A program made the translations under genes and the position numbers. The notes below the pieces were generated by a model that saw only the letters and a list, made by a program, of their open reading frames with translations, did no database searches and was not told the DNA's origin. A stretch of 50,667 nt of DNA from Candidatus Heimdallarchaeota archaeon. GTDB lineage: Archaea; Asgardarchaeota; Heimdallarchaeia; Heimdallarchaeales; Kariarchaeaceae. Shown here one piece after another: positions 35,883-45,296 of this stretch. The stretch covers positions 1-50,667 of the forward strand of contig JALWRB010000326.1 in assembly GCA_027077875.1 (NCBI GenBank), given 5' to 3'. Numbering within the stretch: the stretch's first letter is position 1; every line of letters begins with the position of its first letter.

Positions 35883-37916
35883 ATGTTCATATATGGAGAG
35901 ACGCCTCTGTACCTAATGAACAGAGAGAGGAAGAGAACGCTTAACTTCTATATGTTTCTCCTTCTCACTTTCGCGCTGGCTTCTGCCTTCCAGTACGCCA
36001 TTGACACATTTGTAGGACACGTAGGGAACGTGATCTTCGCATTGGCTCTTGTCTTCGCCTACGTCAAAGGCAGAGAGAGTTTCTTTATCTACATCCCCAT
36101 CCAATTCCTCTACCTTCTCCATCAGATTCCACCAATTGATGCCGCTGTGACCAGCCTGACCTTCGGTATCATGGGGTTGCTACTTCAAGGGGTGTTTCGA
36201 TCGTTCTGGAGAGTTGATCTAAGCTTCAGCAGGTTCAAAGAGTGGCTTAAGTACAGCACGCAGGCAACGTTCATCCTCCTGTCCTTAGAGATCACCAGCT
36301 TTTTCCTCCTTCAAGAGTTCATGATACAGAACATCGAAACCCATATCTTTCTCTCTATGCTTATTGACCTCTCGAATGTCGTTCTCGTCTCACCAATGCT
36401 TATCACCTTTGTGCAGACGACAAGGAATTTCACCCTGTGGGATTTCACTCAATTTGTTATCGACTCTATCAGACCGTACAACAACGATGGATACCTCCTC
36501 TTCACTGCAATTTTTGCCGTCCCTGTTCTTCAGTTCACTGCACTCTTACAAGTGACCTTGAATCCACTGATTGACTACTACTGGCTAACTCTACCGTTAC
36601 TCATGTTCGTGGCGTACAAATTCGATAAGAGATTTGTCTCTATCTATAGCTCATTTGATGCGGCCTTCGTTACGACGACCATACTCATCGCACACTACTC
36701 AAGCAGCATAGAGATCAGGGAGACTCTCGAGGTCTTCTCCTATTTGTTAATCTTCTCCATCGTCATGGTGGCCATTAGTATCCTTGCCAGTAATGAGAGA
36801 GCATTACAGATGGACAAGTATGAGATACAGTCAATCCTCCTCAAGAGCAGAGCGAACCAGATGATGGGAGAGCTCACGGGGGGCATTGCTCACGATTTCA
36901 ACAATACCCTGCAGGCCATTTATGGAAGCGCGGAGCTTCTTAAGCTGGAGTACAGCGAGGAGGTGGTTGACAGCATACTCAGTAGGGTAGAGAATGGTCT
37001 GCAGTTGACCTCGGAGCTCCTAAGATTAACTCGTCGCCATCCAGGAGAAGTGACCACCTTCAGTATCGACAAGATGATAGCATCCTTCACCCTTATACAG
37101 AATAGAATACTCCGCAGACGCTGGACGATTGTACCCGATCTCAACTCAGGGGCCAATGTCAGGATGAACAGCAAGCAGCTGAGCAATATACTCCTCAACC
37201 TTGTCAAAAACGCCCAAGAGGCCATGGCCGATGGAGGTCAGATCCACATAAGAACAAGGGTTGAGAAGGTCAGGAGGAGCACACTCAACGGGAAGTACGT
37301 GGTCATCGAGATAGAGGACTCCGGAGTTGGCATTCCACAGAAGAACCTGCAAGATATTTTTGTCCCGTTCTACACCACCAAGAAGGAAGGGAGTGGACTC
37401 GGTCTGGCCTCTGTGAAGTCTCTCCTTGAAGCGGTTGGAGGTGCCATTGAGGTCACTAGTACCGTCTCGGTGGGAACAACCTTTACGCTCTACATCCCCG
37501 TGTCTGACGAACAGGTATCAACTTCCTCCGTCTATACCGAGAACGAGTGGCCAGATATCGACGGGAAGATCATAATTATTGACGACGATGACGAGATCCG
37601 GGAGACACTCAGTACCTACCTGAGATCAAGAGGGTATGTTGTGGAGAGCTACCACTCTCCGGAAGAGGTCCTCGAACACCAAGGTTTGAGTCAAGCAGGT
37701 CTTCTGATCACAGACGTGATCATGGAGGGAATAAGTGGAACAGAGCTAGTGAAGAGGCTAAGAGATCGGGGAATCGAGGTTCCGACCATCCTCATATCCG
37801 GGTACCAGAATATTGAGTCCTCTGAGTTCCCGAGCGGGAGGAACATATCCTTCCTCCAGAAACCATTCACATTCAACGACCTCAAGCAGGTAATGGTCTT
37901 GGTTCTGGAAAAATGA
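35883..37916 (+). CDS. Hybrid sensor histidine kinase (multi-TM sensor + HisKA + HATPase + receiver)
   Basis: GIAHDFNN, NLVKNA, DSGVGI, PFYTTK and GSGLGL, then receiver IIDDD, ITDVIM, ISG and KPF. Confidence 0.93.
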   Translation: MFIYGETPLYLMNRERKRTLNFYMFLLLTFALASAFQYAIDTFVGHVGNVIFALALVFAYVKGRESFFIYIPIQFLYLLHQIPPIDAAVTSLTFGIMGLLLQGVFRSFWRVDLSFSRFKEWLKYSTQATFILLSLEITSFFLLQEFMIQNIETHIFLSMLIDLSNVVLVSPMLITFVQTTRNFTLWDFTQFVIDSIRPYNNDGYLLFTAIFAVPVLQFTALLQVTLNPLIDYYWLTLPLLMFVAYKFDKRFVSIYSSFDAAFVTTTILIAHYSSSIEIRETLEVFSYLLIFSIVMVAISILASNERALQMDKYEIQSILLKSRANQMMGELTGGIAHDFNNTLQAIYGSAELLKLEYSEEVVDSILSRVENGLQLTSELLRLTRRHPGEVTTFSIDKMIASFTLIQNRILRRRWTIVPDLNSGANVRMNSKQLSNILLNLVKNAQEAMADGGQIHIRTRVEKVRRSTLNGKYVVIEIEDSGVGIPQKNLQDIFVPFYTTKKEGSGLGLASVKSLLEAVGGAIEVTSTVSVGTTFTLYIPVSDEQVSTSSVYTENEWPDIDGKIIIIDDDDEIRETLSTYLRSRGYVVESYHSPEEVLEHQGLSQAGLLITDVIMEGISGTELVKRLRDRGIEVPTILISGYQNIESSEFPSGRNISFLQKPFTFNDLKQVMVLVLEK

Positions 37917-37976
37917 TCCTTGATCCAATGTGGTGTTGAGATCCGTGTATACGCCAAACCATACCAGCAGTGATCA

Positions 37977-38774
37977 CTAGGAAGATAAGTCCGAATCAGC
38001 GAGCAGTTGAACCGCTTCGTCAATCAATTCTACGGGGGACTTGAGCATGACGGGGGTAATGGTTATTGTGTTCTCAAAGATGACCTTGTAGCTGTCCTTA
38101 TCCTGGTCGAGATGCTCGCGTTTCGTTCCCCATAACCAGTAGTATTTCTCTCCTTTAGGGTCCTCACGTTCGTAGAGATAGTTCTTGTATTTGTGAGTCT
38201 CTAGATCCACAACCTCGATCTTGGAGCTGTCGTCAAGGTCGTGGGGGAAGTTGACGTTGACGAAGAGCGTCCTATCCCAGAACTGCTGTGATGCGCCAAG
38301 GTAGACCCTTACGATGTCTATTGCGAGGTTGGCTGCCCTGTCAAGATCGAACGGGAGCTTCTTGGAGAAGAAGAACTCCTCGGGGACGTCCATTGAGAAG
38401 GCAAACGACGGAATGTTTCTCAACCCTGCCTCCATGGCAACGGCGCATGTCCCAGAGGTGAGGATACTGTGGATAGAGGTGTTCTCACCTCCGTTGATCC
38501 CGGAGACCACGACATCGGGATGACCGTCCTCCAGATGCTGGTAGATTGCGATGGCATCAGCAGGGAGACCGTTGTATGCCATCACATCAAGTCCCGAACT
38601 ACTCTTCTCCTTGTGAATACGCAACGGGCGCTGGAAGGTCAAACCCTTGGATGTGGCCGTCTGTTGTTTCTCAGGGGCGATGATCTTGACCTCCCCGAGA
38701 CCAAGAGCAGCCCTTGCAAGAGCGTCAATTCCCGTGCTCTGGAATCCGTCGTCGTTGCCTACAAGAACCTTCAT
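37977..38774 (-). CDS. surE: 5'/3'-nucleotidase SurE
   Basis: NDDG, AP, G.PAD, SGINGGEN, SGT and VNVNFP motifs. Confidence 0.93.
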   Translation of the reverse strand: MKVLVGNDDGFQSTGIDALARAALGLGEVKIIAPEKQQTATSKGLTFQRPLRIHKEKSSSGLDVMAYNGLPADAIAIYQHLEDGHPDVVVSGINGGENTSIHSILTSGTCAVAMEAGLRNIPSFAFSMDVPEEFFFSKKLPFDLDRAANLAIDIVRVYLGASQQFWDRTLFVNVNFPHDLDDSSKIEVVDLETHKYKNYLYEREDPKGEKYYWLWGTKREHLDQDKDSYKVIFENTITITPVMLKSPVELIDEAVQLLADSDLSS

Positions 38775-38882
38775 GGCTCTCGGAATGATAGACTGAATAA
38801 ATCAATTGTCATGGGTCAAAAGAGGAATTTGCAATTTCTTACCTAGTCCTATCGAATTCTTTTCTAAGAGTACTGCTCAACC

Positions 38883-39845
38883 GTGTCTATGGGACACCTA
38901 CTCGAAGAGATCGAACATGCTCACCAGCGTATCTCCCCGATGATCAATCGGACACCGGTGATGACTTCATCGACGGTGGACTTGATGCTCGGGTGCTCTG
39001 TCTTCTTCAAGTGCGAGAACTTCCAGAAGATGGGGGCGTTCAAGTACAGGGGAGCATGCAACGCGCTACTGCAGCTTGACGAGGCAAGTAGGGAAAGGGG
39101 GGTCGTGACGCACTCTTCGGGGAACCATGCACAGGCACTTGCTCTTGCAGCCCGCAATCTCGGGATTAGAGCAGTCATCGTGATGCCCAGTAACGCACCG
39201 GTGGTGAAGCGTAAGGCAACGGAGGGATATGGAGCAGAGGTCGTTCTCTGTGAGCCAACGCAACGAGCGAGGGAGGAGACCTGCAATGCACTTGTCGAGG
39301 AGAGAGGGCTGACGCTGATTCATCCCTACGACAACGACGATGTCATTCGCGGTGCAGGAACTGTAGCTAAGGAGCTACTAGAGGATGTCCCACTGGATGT
39401 ACTCATCACCCCCGTCGGTGGCGGTGGTCTGCTCTCAGGGTCATCTGCTTATGCTAAGCTCAGTGGAAAAGTCAGATGGGTATATGGAGCAGAGCCCTCT
39501 GGTGCGGATGACGCCTACCTGTCACTGAGGGAGGGGAGACCTCTACCGCAGGCCAATCCGAGAACAGTGGCAGATGGGCTCAGGACATCACTTTCTCAGC
39601 GAACCTTCGACATTATCAGCAAATATGTCGATGAAGTTATAACCGTTAACGACGAGCTTATTATTGACGCTATGCAACTGCTCTTTGAGCGGATGAAGAT
39701 CGTTGTCGAGCCCTCGGGAGCCACACCTCTGGCTGCACTGATGAGGGCACGGGAAGAGGGGCTGATAGCCGAGGGAGCGAGGGTAGGACTGGTGCTGAGT
39801 GGTGGGAATATTGACCTCTCGGCATTCTTCAGGGAGTACAGATAG
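38883..39845 (+). CDS. PLP-dependent serine/threonine dehydratase / serine racemase family enzyme
   Basis: FKCENFQKMGAFKYRGA, SSGNHAQ, PVGGGGLLSG, VEPSGA and SGGN motifs. Confidence 0.92.
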   Translation: MSMGHLLEEIEHAHQRISPMINRTPVMTSSTVDLMLGCSVFFKCENFQKMGAFKYRGACNALLQLDEASRERGVVTHSSGNHAQALALAARNLGIRAVIVMPSNAPVVKRKATEGYGAEVVLCEPTQRAREETCNALVEERGLTLIHPYDNDDVIRGAGTVAKELLEDVPLDVLITPVGGGGLLSGSSAYAKLSGKVRWVYGAEPSGADDAYLSLREGRPLPQANPRTVADGLRTSLSQRTFDIISKYVDEVITVNDELIIDAMQLLFERMKIVVEPSGATPLAALMRAREEGLIAEGARVGLVLSGGNIDLSAFFREYR

Positions 39846-39846
39846 T

Positions 39847-40512
39847 ATGAACAGGAAAGAGATTGGTGAGTGGTTTAAGCTGGACGATGAGATCCTCGAG
39901 CTCGCGCTCAAACCCAAGTCACTCGGAGGTAAGAATGAGTTCAAGGCCCTGGCCCTTTTCGGTGACCTCGTGATTGACCTAGTACTACTGGAGTTCCTAA
40001 TGGGGAAGTACCCGAACTTCCGCAATCTCGATCAGGGTAAGCTTACAGAACTGAGGAGTGCAACGACCAACCGCCGGACGTTCTTGAAGTTAGCAGAGCA
40101 CCTTGGTCTGAAGGAGATCCTCAACGGTGCTTCTGACAACGACATCAAGGAGGCGATCGAGGCACTCGTTGGTGCCTGCTTCCAGAAGAACGGCTTCGAG
40201 GATTCGAGTCACGTTGCCATGAAACTCATCCTCATCATTGCACAGGAGAACTACTTCGACGACAACCCCAAGAAGCTACTTCTCGAGAAGGTCCAAGCGG
40301 TGATCTCCGAGGGGGACAAGGATTCAGAGCTCCCCAACTTTGACACGACATATAGGGCAGGAGGTTCTGACCACCAACCACTTTTCATCTGTGAGCTGAA
40401 CTTCATGTACAAGGGCAAGATGATTACGAGCATCTCCGACAAATTTGGTGATAAAAAATCAGCTCACCGCAATGCGGCGAGAAAGGCACTCGAAATCATA
40501 AAACAGATGTAG
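39847..40512 (+). CDS. RNase III-domain protein with C-terminal dsRNA-binding domain and divergent catalytic signature
   Basis: LALFGDLVIDL, QGKLTELRS...N, EAIEALVGA, and dsRBD-like GSDHQPLF...KKSAHRNAARKAL. The ATG is 1 nt after the upstream stop. Confidence 0.8.
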   Translation: MNRKEIGEWFKLDDEILELALKPKSLGGKNEFKALALFGDLVIDLVLLEFLMGKYPNFRNLDQGKLTELRSATTNRRTFLKLAEHLGLKEILNGASDNDIKEAIEALVGACFQKNGFEDSSHVAMKLILIIAQENYFDDNPKKLLLEKVQAVISEGDKDSELPNFDTTYRAGGSDHQPLFICELNFMYKGKMITSISDKFGDKKSAHRNAARKALEIIKQM

Positions 40513-40570
40513 AGAAATTCCATCTGAATCTGAGGGAGTTTTTAAGAACCCTTTCCCATATCATTGTATT

Positions 40571-41758
40571 GTGCAAGACGCGGAGAGGTTAGAGAAGCTC
40601 ATCAGGAAACTCGCTCTGAACGACTTCAGGGAGATAATCCTCGAAAGCTCGAACACCCGTCTTGCAGGAGATATGCTCATCTGGCTTGATCTCGGTTGCA
40701 AGGATCTTGTTGAGATACCCCCTGGTACCTTCGACGGTTTTCACAATCTTGAGTACTTAGGACTCTACGGTAACCAGATAAAGGAACTACCTAGGGATAT
40801 CTTTGCCGACCTTCCCAAACTCCGAATACTCGATATCGGGGAGAATAGGCTCAGGACCCTCCCAGAGGAAATCTTCAAGAACAACTCACAGCTGGAGTAC
40901 CTCTGGATCTACTCCAACGACATAGAAGAGCTGCCCCTTAGTATCTTCGAATGCAACGTCAACCTCAGAGAGCTGATCCTGAACTCCAACAAGCTGACAG
41001 GGTTCAACTTCGAATACGTGGAGAACCTACAAAGACTGGAGATACTGGAGATTGCTCTGAACCGTTTCAATGAGTTAGATCAAAGGTTGCTCACAGGTCT
41101 TCCCCGGCTGAAGAAATTGGTCTTCAACAAGATCATCGACGGAAATCTCCACATAATCAACTACATTGACCACGAGAAGAAGGAAGTACCTTACGAGAAC
41201 CGGATTGATGAATTCGTTCTGGTGACAGGAGTGATGGGATCTGGGAAGTCGACAATCATGTCACAGTACACCGGGGTAACGGTCAACCCCAAGATTCCCC
41301 CAGTGGGGAAGAACATCCTCTACGACAACCTGTTCGGTATTGAGATCTGCGAGGGTTTCGTCGCCAACTTCTTCGAAATCGACGGTCCAACCGTGACCTC
41401 ATGGACCAAATTCATCGAGATCGCCCGCAGAGTCATTCTCGTGGTGAACTACGAGCACCGTTTAAAGAAGCTGGACAAGATCAACCATTTGATCAACCAC
41501 GTGCTGAAATATCTCGGAAAGGATGCGAGGTTGGTTATTATTCTTAATAATTACACCGGGTCAGAGCGTCCCGAGCTGGCGTTGATGGAGATTGTTCCAG
41601 TGCCGATGGACAACATTGACCTCTTCACCCTGGAGCAGGGGCATATCCTTCCTGATATCGGAGGTCTGCAGAAGGTCATAATGGATCAGGACAGGATCTG
41701 GCAGATCTTCAGGAAGATCCTTGACGACATCGAGGTCACCTCAGAACACTGCATCTAG
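40571..41758 (+). CDS. Leucine-rich-repeat protein fused to a degenerate Ras-like P-loop domain
   Basis: About 6 LRRs (LEYLGLYGNQIKELP, LRILDIGENRLRTLP, etc.), then VLVTGVMGSGKST; G3 position FFEIDG and G4 position ILNNY. Confidence 0.8.
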   Translation: MQDAERLEKLIRKLALNDFREIILESSNTRLAGDMLIWLDLGCKDLVEIPPGTFDGFHNLEYLGLYGNQIKELPRDIFADLPKLRILDIGENRLRTLPEEIFKNNSQLEYLWIYSNDIEELPLSIFECNVNLRELILNSNKLTGFNFEYVENLQRLEILEIALNRFNELDQRLLTGLPRLKKLVFNKIIDGNLHIINYIDHEKKEVPYENRIDEFVLVTGVMGSGKSTIMSQYTGVTVNPKIPPVGKNILYDNLFGIEICEGFVANFFEIDGPTVTSWTKFIEIARRVILVVNYEHRLKKLDKINHLINHVLKYLGKDARLVIILNNYTGSERPELALMEIVPVPMDNIDLFTLEQGHILPDIGGLQKVIMDQDRIWQIFRKILDDIEVTSEHCI

Positions 41759-41840
41759 AAAATGTAGGGCAAAAATTCAAGAGGTGGGAAAAACCTAGAA
41801 TTCGTACTCTGTGCAACCTTGTGTTCCAAGAACATCTAAC

Positions 41841-41847
41841 TTTATAA
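41841..41847 (+). promoter_or_regulatory. TATA box (TTTATAA) with no downstream ORF, flanked by a TGTGCAA/TTGCACA inverted repeat
   Basis: IR arms at 41810-41816 and 41854-41860. The predicted start near 41870 coincides with the 5' end of a long stem. Confidence 0.5.
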
Positions 41848-41871
41848 GGTAGTTTGCACAATTAATATTAA

Positions 41872-41994
41872 GAAGGAGAGTTCATCAGGCTCTTCTAAAC
41901 CACCGCTTGCAACCAAAAGCCGCAAAACCCCAACAACCAGCCAACCAACAGACATCGTCGGCCAAGTCGCTCATGGTTTTGATGACTCTCCTTC
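41872..41994 (+). ncRNA. Candidate ~123-nt structured small RNA (5'/3' fold-back stem, C/A-rich loop)
   Basis: GAAGGAGAGTTCATCA (41872-41887) pairs with TGATGACTCTCCTTC (41980-41994): 15 bp with one bulge. An inner AAACCA/TGGTTT helix follows. Upstream TATA and downstream pyrimidine run. Confidence 0.5.
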
Positions 41995-42506
41995 CCTCTC
42001 ACCTATCGTTTTACTCAATTTCTCTGATCTTCAGATCCTTGTCGTCTAAACGACAAAATACTGAGTAATTTCTCGACAATTTATAGTGGATTCCGCGCTA
42101 TATAATTATTTGCTCATTTCCTTGAATTTTCTACCCTCACTACGTCTTAGTCCAATTTTTCGAATATAATTAAGCGATTTTATACAGCATATTCTCTAAT
42201 ATTTTCATAAATATAATTCCGATAATAGTATCAGTTTAATTAAAAATAATTGTCTGGATAAATTATTGAAATATTATGTATTTTCCTAGATGTATGAAAT
42301 TATTCGATTATAGCATTTTTATTTCTTATATCACCCATTATCCATTATAGAAAAGATAGATACTGATATTTTTAGAGTAATTGTTGGAGATAATTTGATT
42401 CTTTTTCTTATTCCAAGATTTATTACTTCAACCCGATACAAGACCACTTAGTGAATGAGCAAAACCATCGCATCGCTTTTGTACAGACATGACAGTGTAA
42501 GATTAG

Positions 42507-44396
42507 ATGAGTTGCCTATCGTGTGGAACTGAACCGTCTTCCGAGCAACCAGCGTATTGCACAAGATGCTTTATACCAGTGCCTCTCCCAAGGACAAGGT
42601 CGGAGGATGAGACACTAAGAACCCGGAAGAGGAACAGGATGAATCTCGTCGACGAGATCGTCCGAAGGACACCTGCGTCCATCGAGTTTCTCCAAGGGCT
42701 GGGACTCGAACAGCTTCCCCTAAAGGATCTTGCTGCATCGCTCAGTGCCATCGGACAGGAGAAGCTCAACTTCATGAGCTCTGAGCATTCATGGACAGAG
42801 GCGCAGACGTACCTCGATCTGGGCTATGAGCTCGCACAGAGATTGGACTCCGACAGGTTGAAGGTCATCACTGCACAGAGACTTGCCATGCAACTTATCC
42901 GAGGGGGCTGGTTGGAGGAGGCGAGGTCTATTCTCCCAGATCCGAAGACCTTAGGTGAGAACCTGAAAGAGTACAGAGAGTCAGAGGAACTCGTCAGGGC
43001 GTTCACAGATCTCGAAACGGCCGCGGAGCTAGCCCTTGTCGACGCCATGGAGGGAAAGGAGTGGCAGAGAGAGAAGCTAAACACGGCGGTTCTGCACCTC
43101 TGGGACCTGATGAAGCCAGACATCACAGAGCTTATCCTGAAGGGAGGTGGAAAGAGCTTCTACCTTGGTTCCGAGGACAGGAGCCACAAAGTACCCCGAT
43201 TGGACAAGCTGGCCTTTGTGCAGTCGATACTCCTGCAGGCAGAGATTGCATCATCGAGGGAGCATCTCTCAGACCTCGCGGTGGAGGCACTACAGGTGTT
43301 GGGGAGGATGCTGATCATCATGGCAGAGATGGCACCAAGGGACGATCCGCTGTTCTACGGGGCGATAATCCGTGAGTACTTCCAACACTTCAACGGTATG
43401 TTCTGGCACAGGGAGGCACTGTACGAGAACGACGCAGATCTCGTGCAGACGACTATCGTCCAAGCACACTCCATCGTTATCCAGTGGAGTAAGTTGATCC
43501 CCCCGCAGTCGTGGATGGAGGCGAGACCATCGAGGTTCATTGAAGTCTTCTACAGGGCTTCTCGGTGGGCAGAGCAGCTGTCACCGCGCTATTTCCTCAA
43601 CCGCTGGATCAGCGCTGCGTCCTCTGACGTAAGACCCTACCTTCACTACTTCGACGCTGAGGCCCTCCTCAATGACGGGCAGAAGGAAGAGGGTGAGCGA
43701 ATTCTGCTCCAAGTGCTAGAGAGGGAGGACATAGATCCGTCACTCAAGGAGGCAGCAAGGACATTACTCCAGCGAGCTTCCTTGGAGAGCATAGGTGTGT
43801 TCATTGGCAATCCCTACCTCTCCCGACTAGAGAGGCTCGAGGTCATACTGGAGGTTCCGAGCGGAGGGAACATTGGGGATTACGCACGGCTGGAGGAATT
43901 GATGGGAATAGAGTTACCCAGTCCTTCGAACCTCATGCGGATGGAGTTCAAACCAGTGAAGGACTGGTTGGGGCGTGAGCTGGCAGTATCAGGTACGTCG
44001 CTGGAGAACCTTATCTACCGCACACCAGAGACCACTCGCCAGTACCTCAACCAGACGATAATCATCGCGGGAAGCTCATACTACCGTGACGTGCACTGGT
44101 GGACCCCCTTCAGCGCAGTGGGGAAGATGGTCAACGGCCTGAGGACTGACATCGTGGTCCTCAGGATCAAGTTCAATAAAGACATCCTCTCCCTGCTCTT
44201 CGAGGCAGAGAAGATCTCGTTGGATGAACGGGACAACCATGTCTTCATTGGCACTCCAGACTTCTACCACCTCACAGGGATAGACTGGACACCTCATCCT
44301 CCTGAGGAGGTTATTGAGGCCCTAGTCAATCTTCTAGAGGGCATCTCAATGCACGAGCAACTGGACATCTACACGCTCAAGATCGACCTACCCTAG
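42507..44396 (+). CDS. Large hypothetical protein: N-terminal zinc ribbon plus helical (TPR-like) region
   Basis: CLSCG...CTRC at the N-terminus, amphipathic helical repeats and host-like codon usage. Confidence 0.7.
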   Translation: MSCLSCGTEPSSEQPAYCTRCFIPVPLPRTRSEDETLRTRKRNRMNLVDEIVRRTPASIEFLQGLGLEQLPLKDLAASLSAIGQEKLNFMSSEHSWTEAQTYLDLGYELAQRLDSDRLKVITAQRLAMQLIRGGWLEEARSILPDPKTLGENLKEYRESEELVRAFTDLETAAELALVDAMEGKEWQREKLNTAVLHLWDLMKPDITELILKGGGKSFYLGSEDRSHKVPRLDKLAFVQSILLQAEIASSREHLSDLAVEALQVLGRMLIIMAEMAPRDDPLFYGAIIREYFQHFNGMFWHREALYENDADLVQTTIVQAHSIVIQWSKLIPPQSWMEARPSRFIEVFYRASRWAEQLSPRYFLNRWISAASSDVRPYLHYFDAEALLNDGQKEEGERILLQVLEREDIDPSLKEAARTLLQRASLESIGVFIGNPYLSRLERLEVILEVPSGGNIGDYARLEELMGIELPSPSNLMRMEFKPVKDWLGRELAVSGTSLENLIYRTPETTRQYLNQTIIIAGSSYYRDVHWWTPFSAVGKMVNGLRTDIVVLRIKFNKDILSLLFEAEKISLDERDNHVFIGTPDFYHLTGIDWTPHPPEEVIEALVNLLEGISMHEQLDIYTLKIDLP

Positions 44397-44447
44397 CTTT
44401 ATTTGACCAAGACTCGTAAGGCTTAAAACGAGAGAATAGGCACTTGA

Positions 44448-45056
44448 GTGGGAAAGATGCTAGATTACGGAGATCTGAGGGTCACCACCATCTACCACAG
44501 ATCACAGAGACTTCGTCTCACGCCCCTAAGAAGGGACCACATGGACGAGCTGTCAAGGTGGCCGAAGTTCAACACCTTGGACATGCAGTGGGCGAACTTC
44601 TTCCCCACCAATATCGTGCAGAAGAACCGTTGGTTCAAGGACAACACCGGTGGGAGAAAACTGTGGTTTGCGGGTGAGAGGACCTCGGACAACTGGAGAA
44701 CCTCAGAGCTCATCTGCAGGATAAGCCTCACCATACCGATCCATGGTGAAGATATCATCTTCGGCATTGTCGTTCACCCCAACCTCCTCGAAAGGGGGCT
44801 TGGCACCAAGTTTACACAGATGATCTTGGCAGCTATAGCCAGTAAAACCACAGCCTCTGGTGTGTGGCTGGAGACCCATCACACCAACAAGAGGGCACAG
44901 CATGTCTACGAGAAGGTCGGTTTCGAGAACTTCGGATACTCCTACCACAAAGGCTTCACCCCCGATCACGACCAGTTCCTAAACTACCGGATCAGCCGGA
45001 ATAGGATGGAGAAACTCGACTCGGTTGTTATGGTTCTCAATGATGCCAATGCTTAA
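44448..45056 (+). CDS. GNAT acetyltransferase (RimJ/RimL-like)
   Basis: RLRLTPL, HPNLLERGLGT and N.RAQHVYEKVGF motifs. Confidence 0.85.
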   Translation: MGKMLDYGDLRVTTIYHRSQRLRLTPLRRDHMDELSRWPKFNTLDMQWANFFPTNIVQKNRWFKDNTGGRKLWFAGERTSDNWRTSELICRISLTIPIHGEDIIFGIVVHPNLLERGLGTKFTQMILAAIASKTTASGVWLETHHTNKRAQHVYEKVGFENFGYSYHKGFTPDHDQFLNYRISRNRMEKLDSVVMVLNDANA

Positions 45057-45083
45057 GACATGTGAAGCTGTACATGAACTATC

Positions 45084-45293
45084 ATGTCACTGTTGTCATT
45101 CCTGAAGAGGATCATCATCCACCAACCTTACCAGAGGTTGCGGAGGTACAGTATCTTCAAAGGGGAAGGTTCTTTTCTCCAGAAGTGGAGAGGTCATCAC
45201 CCAAATGTTGACGAGGACGGTATGTCCGTTATCTACGAGGAGGCCTCTATCCCTGGAACTACCTGTGCGCTCCCTTTCACCGGAATAAAGTAG
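45084..45293 (+). CDS. Small hypothetical protein
   Basis: 69-aa ORF that fills the gap between the GNAT gene and the convergent rhodanese gene; host-like codons. Confidence 0.45.
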   Translation: MSLLSFLKRIIIHQPYQRLRRYSIFKGEGSFLQKWRGHHPNVDEDGMSVIYEEASIPGTTCALPFTGIK

Positions 45294-45296
45294 ATC

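Noticed and set aside
41980-42028. Box C/D sRNA (TGATGA ... CTGA)
   Set aside because: No internal D'/C' boxes or terminal stem are visible, and the TGATGA is already explained as part of the fold-back stem.
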